Assembly (NCBI RefSeq): GCF_004010195.1
Contig: NC_057719.1
Location: 93,687,510-93,751,509, forward strand
DNA: 64,000 bases
From: Chiloscyllium plagiosum
Taxonomy: Eukaryota
Direction of reading: 5' to 3'
The notes under the pieces are model-generated. The model was not told where the DNA came from, ran no database searches, and was given only the letters and a program-made list of their open reading frames with translations. Every line of letters starts with the position of its first letter. Position 1 is the stretch's first letter. Made by a program: the position numbers and the translations under genes. Of the stretch, positions 62,851 to 64,000 are shown piece by piece.

Positions 62851-64000
62851 CATGCTTGATTTTTTTTAAAAAATACATTCCGATGGTCCGACTGGAACTG
62901 TGCTGGGGCCAGTGTCCTGGACAATCATGTCGGTAGGTTTATGGACAGGGCTGTAAACTGACAGAGAGGATGCAGGGATATGGTTCAGGTGAAAGGAGCT
63001 TTCCAAATCCAAAGAGGTAAGGTGACGGATCAGAACGGCATGGGGAATGTGGCCGTAGACAAGCAGAAACAAACAGGATGGGACAGAGTTTAACTAAAAC
63101 TATACATCAGCGAATCGATTTGTGACAGGACATTGTGGGAAAGAGTAAATTATGTTTTTGTTGGAATGAACAAAGTCGCTTCAATAAGGTGGATGGATTT
63201 GTGACACAGAGTCGAACAAAAGGTGGAACATAAATATTTCATAGTTCACAAACTTGCGGAAACTCGGGCAAAATGGGCAACGCTAACAATAATGGATAAC
63301 AAAGGCATTACAGAGAAAGAATTTGGTCTCAAATCATGAAGTAGAGTCAGTCTGCATATAATTCTGGCTACTACTTGCCAAGGACACAAGCAGCAAAACA
63401 GTTTTCGCACCGAACAGCATTCTCTTGCTCATCACTGCATTAAACAGGAACTTTGGAACTTTTAATAAAGGTACTGTGATAATTTTGTGAAACTTCAACA
63501 TTCATATAATCTTGACAATAATGCTGACAAGAGTGATATTCGAAGAGGAGATTGTAGAATTCTTTTTCAGTGTTCCTTTGAATAACACATTGTGCAACTG
63601 GATATGGACATTACTATCTCAGACCGACCGTTTGTGATGAAACGTAGTGAATGAGTAATGTCACGAAAGTTGGAGGAGTTGTTGACAGTGAGGAAGGATG
63701 TGGCAGGTTACAGCAGGATATAGAGAAGCTGCAGAGCTGGGCAGAAAGGTGCAAATTGTGATAAAGTGCAGTTTAAAGAAATATAAAGTTTTAAAGAGAA
63801 TCACAGAAAGGACAAGCTGCAACTAGAAACAAAAACAGCCAATTACATGAGTTTGAGCGGAGAACTAACCAAGTTAACATGTAAAACAGACTGAAACATG
63901 TGTCTGTAAATGAACAGTGGAAAACATTTGAAGGAACAGTGTAAAATACTCAACAAAAGGGTATTCCACTGAAACAGACAAAACCTCAGCAAGAAATTCC

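Overview
Eukaryotic, transposon-saturated window with the repeat signature of a cartilaginous fish (shark): HER1-type CR1 LINEs, HE1 and Deu-domain SINEs, Penelope-like elements (PLEs) carrying minimal hammerhead ribozymes, a Harbinger Myb/SANT relic, a Tc1/mariner-type MITE, a solo LTR, several minisatellites and two N gaps. No complete host gene is visible, and almost all ORFs in the supplied track are TE fragments or repeat read-through. Host-gene material missed by the ORF track lies on the minus strand: (i) a GPR139/GPR142-like GPCR first exon (12406-12622) with a repeat-built N-terminus and no second exon recognised in the window; (ii) a cassette of micro-exons plus a ~70-100 bp exon present in three diverged, partly decayed copies (~3.1-3.8, ~6.6-8.5, ~29.2-29.9 kb); (iii) an isolated clean 85-bp exon at 50108-50192 and an ATG-only exon at ~46052 inside an old duplicated segment whose second copy has an assembly gap over the equivalent position. 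A Bcl-2/Bak-like resemblance of two exon peptides is a weak, by-eye inference. Repeat boundaries are approximate and all family assignments come from recognised motifs, not database searches.
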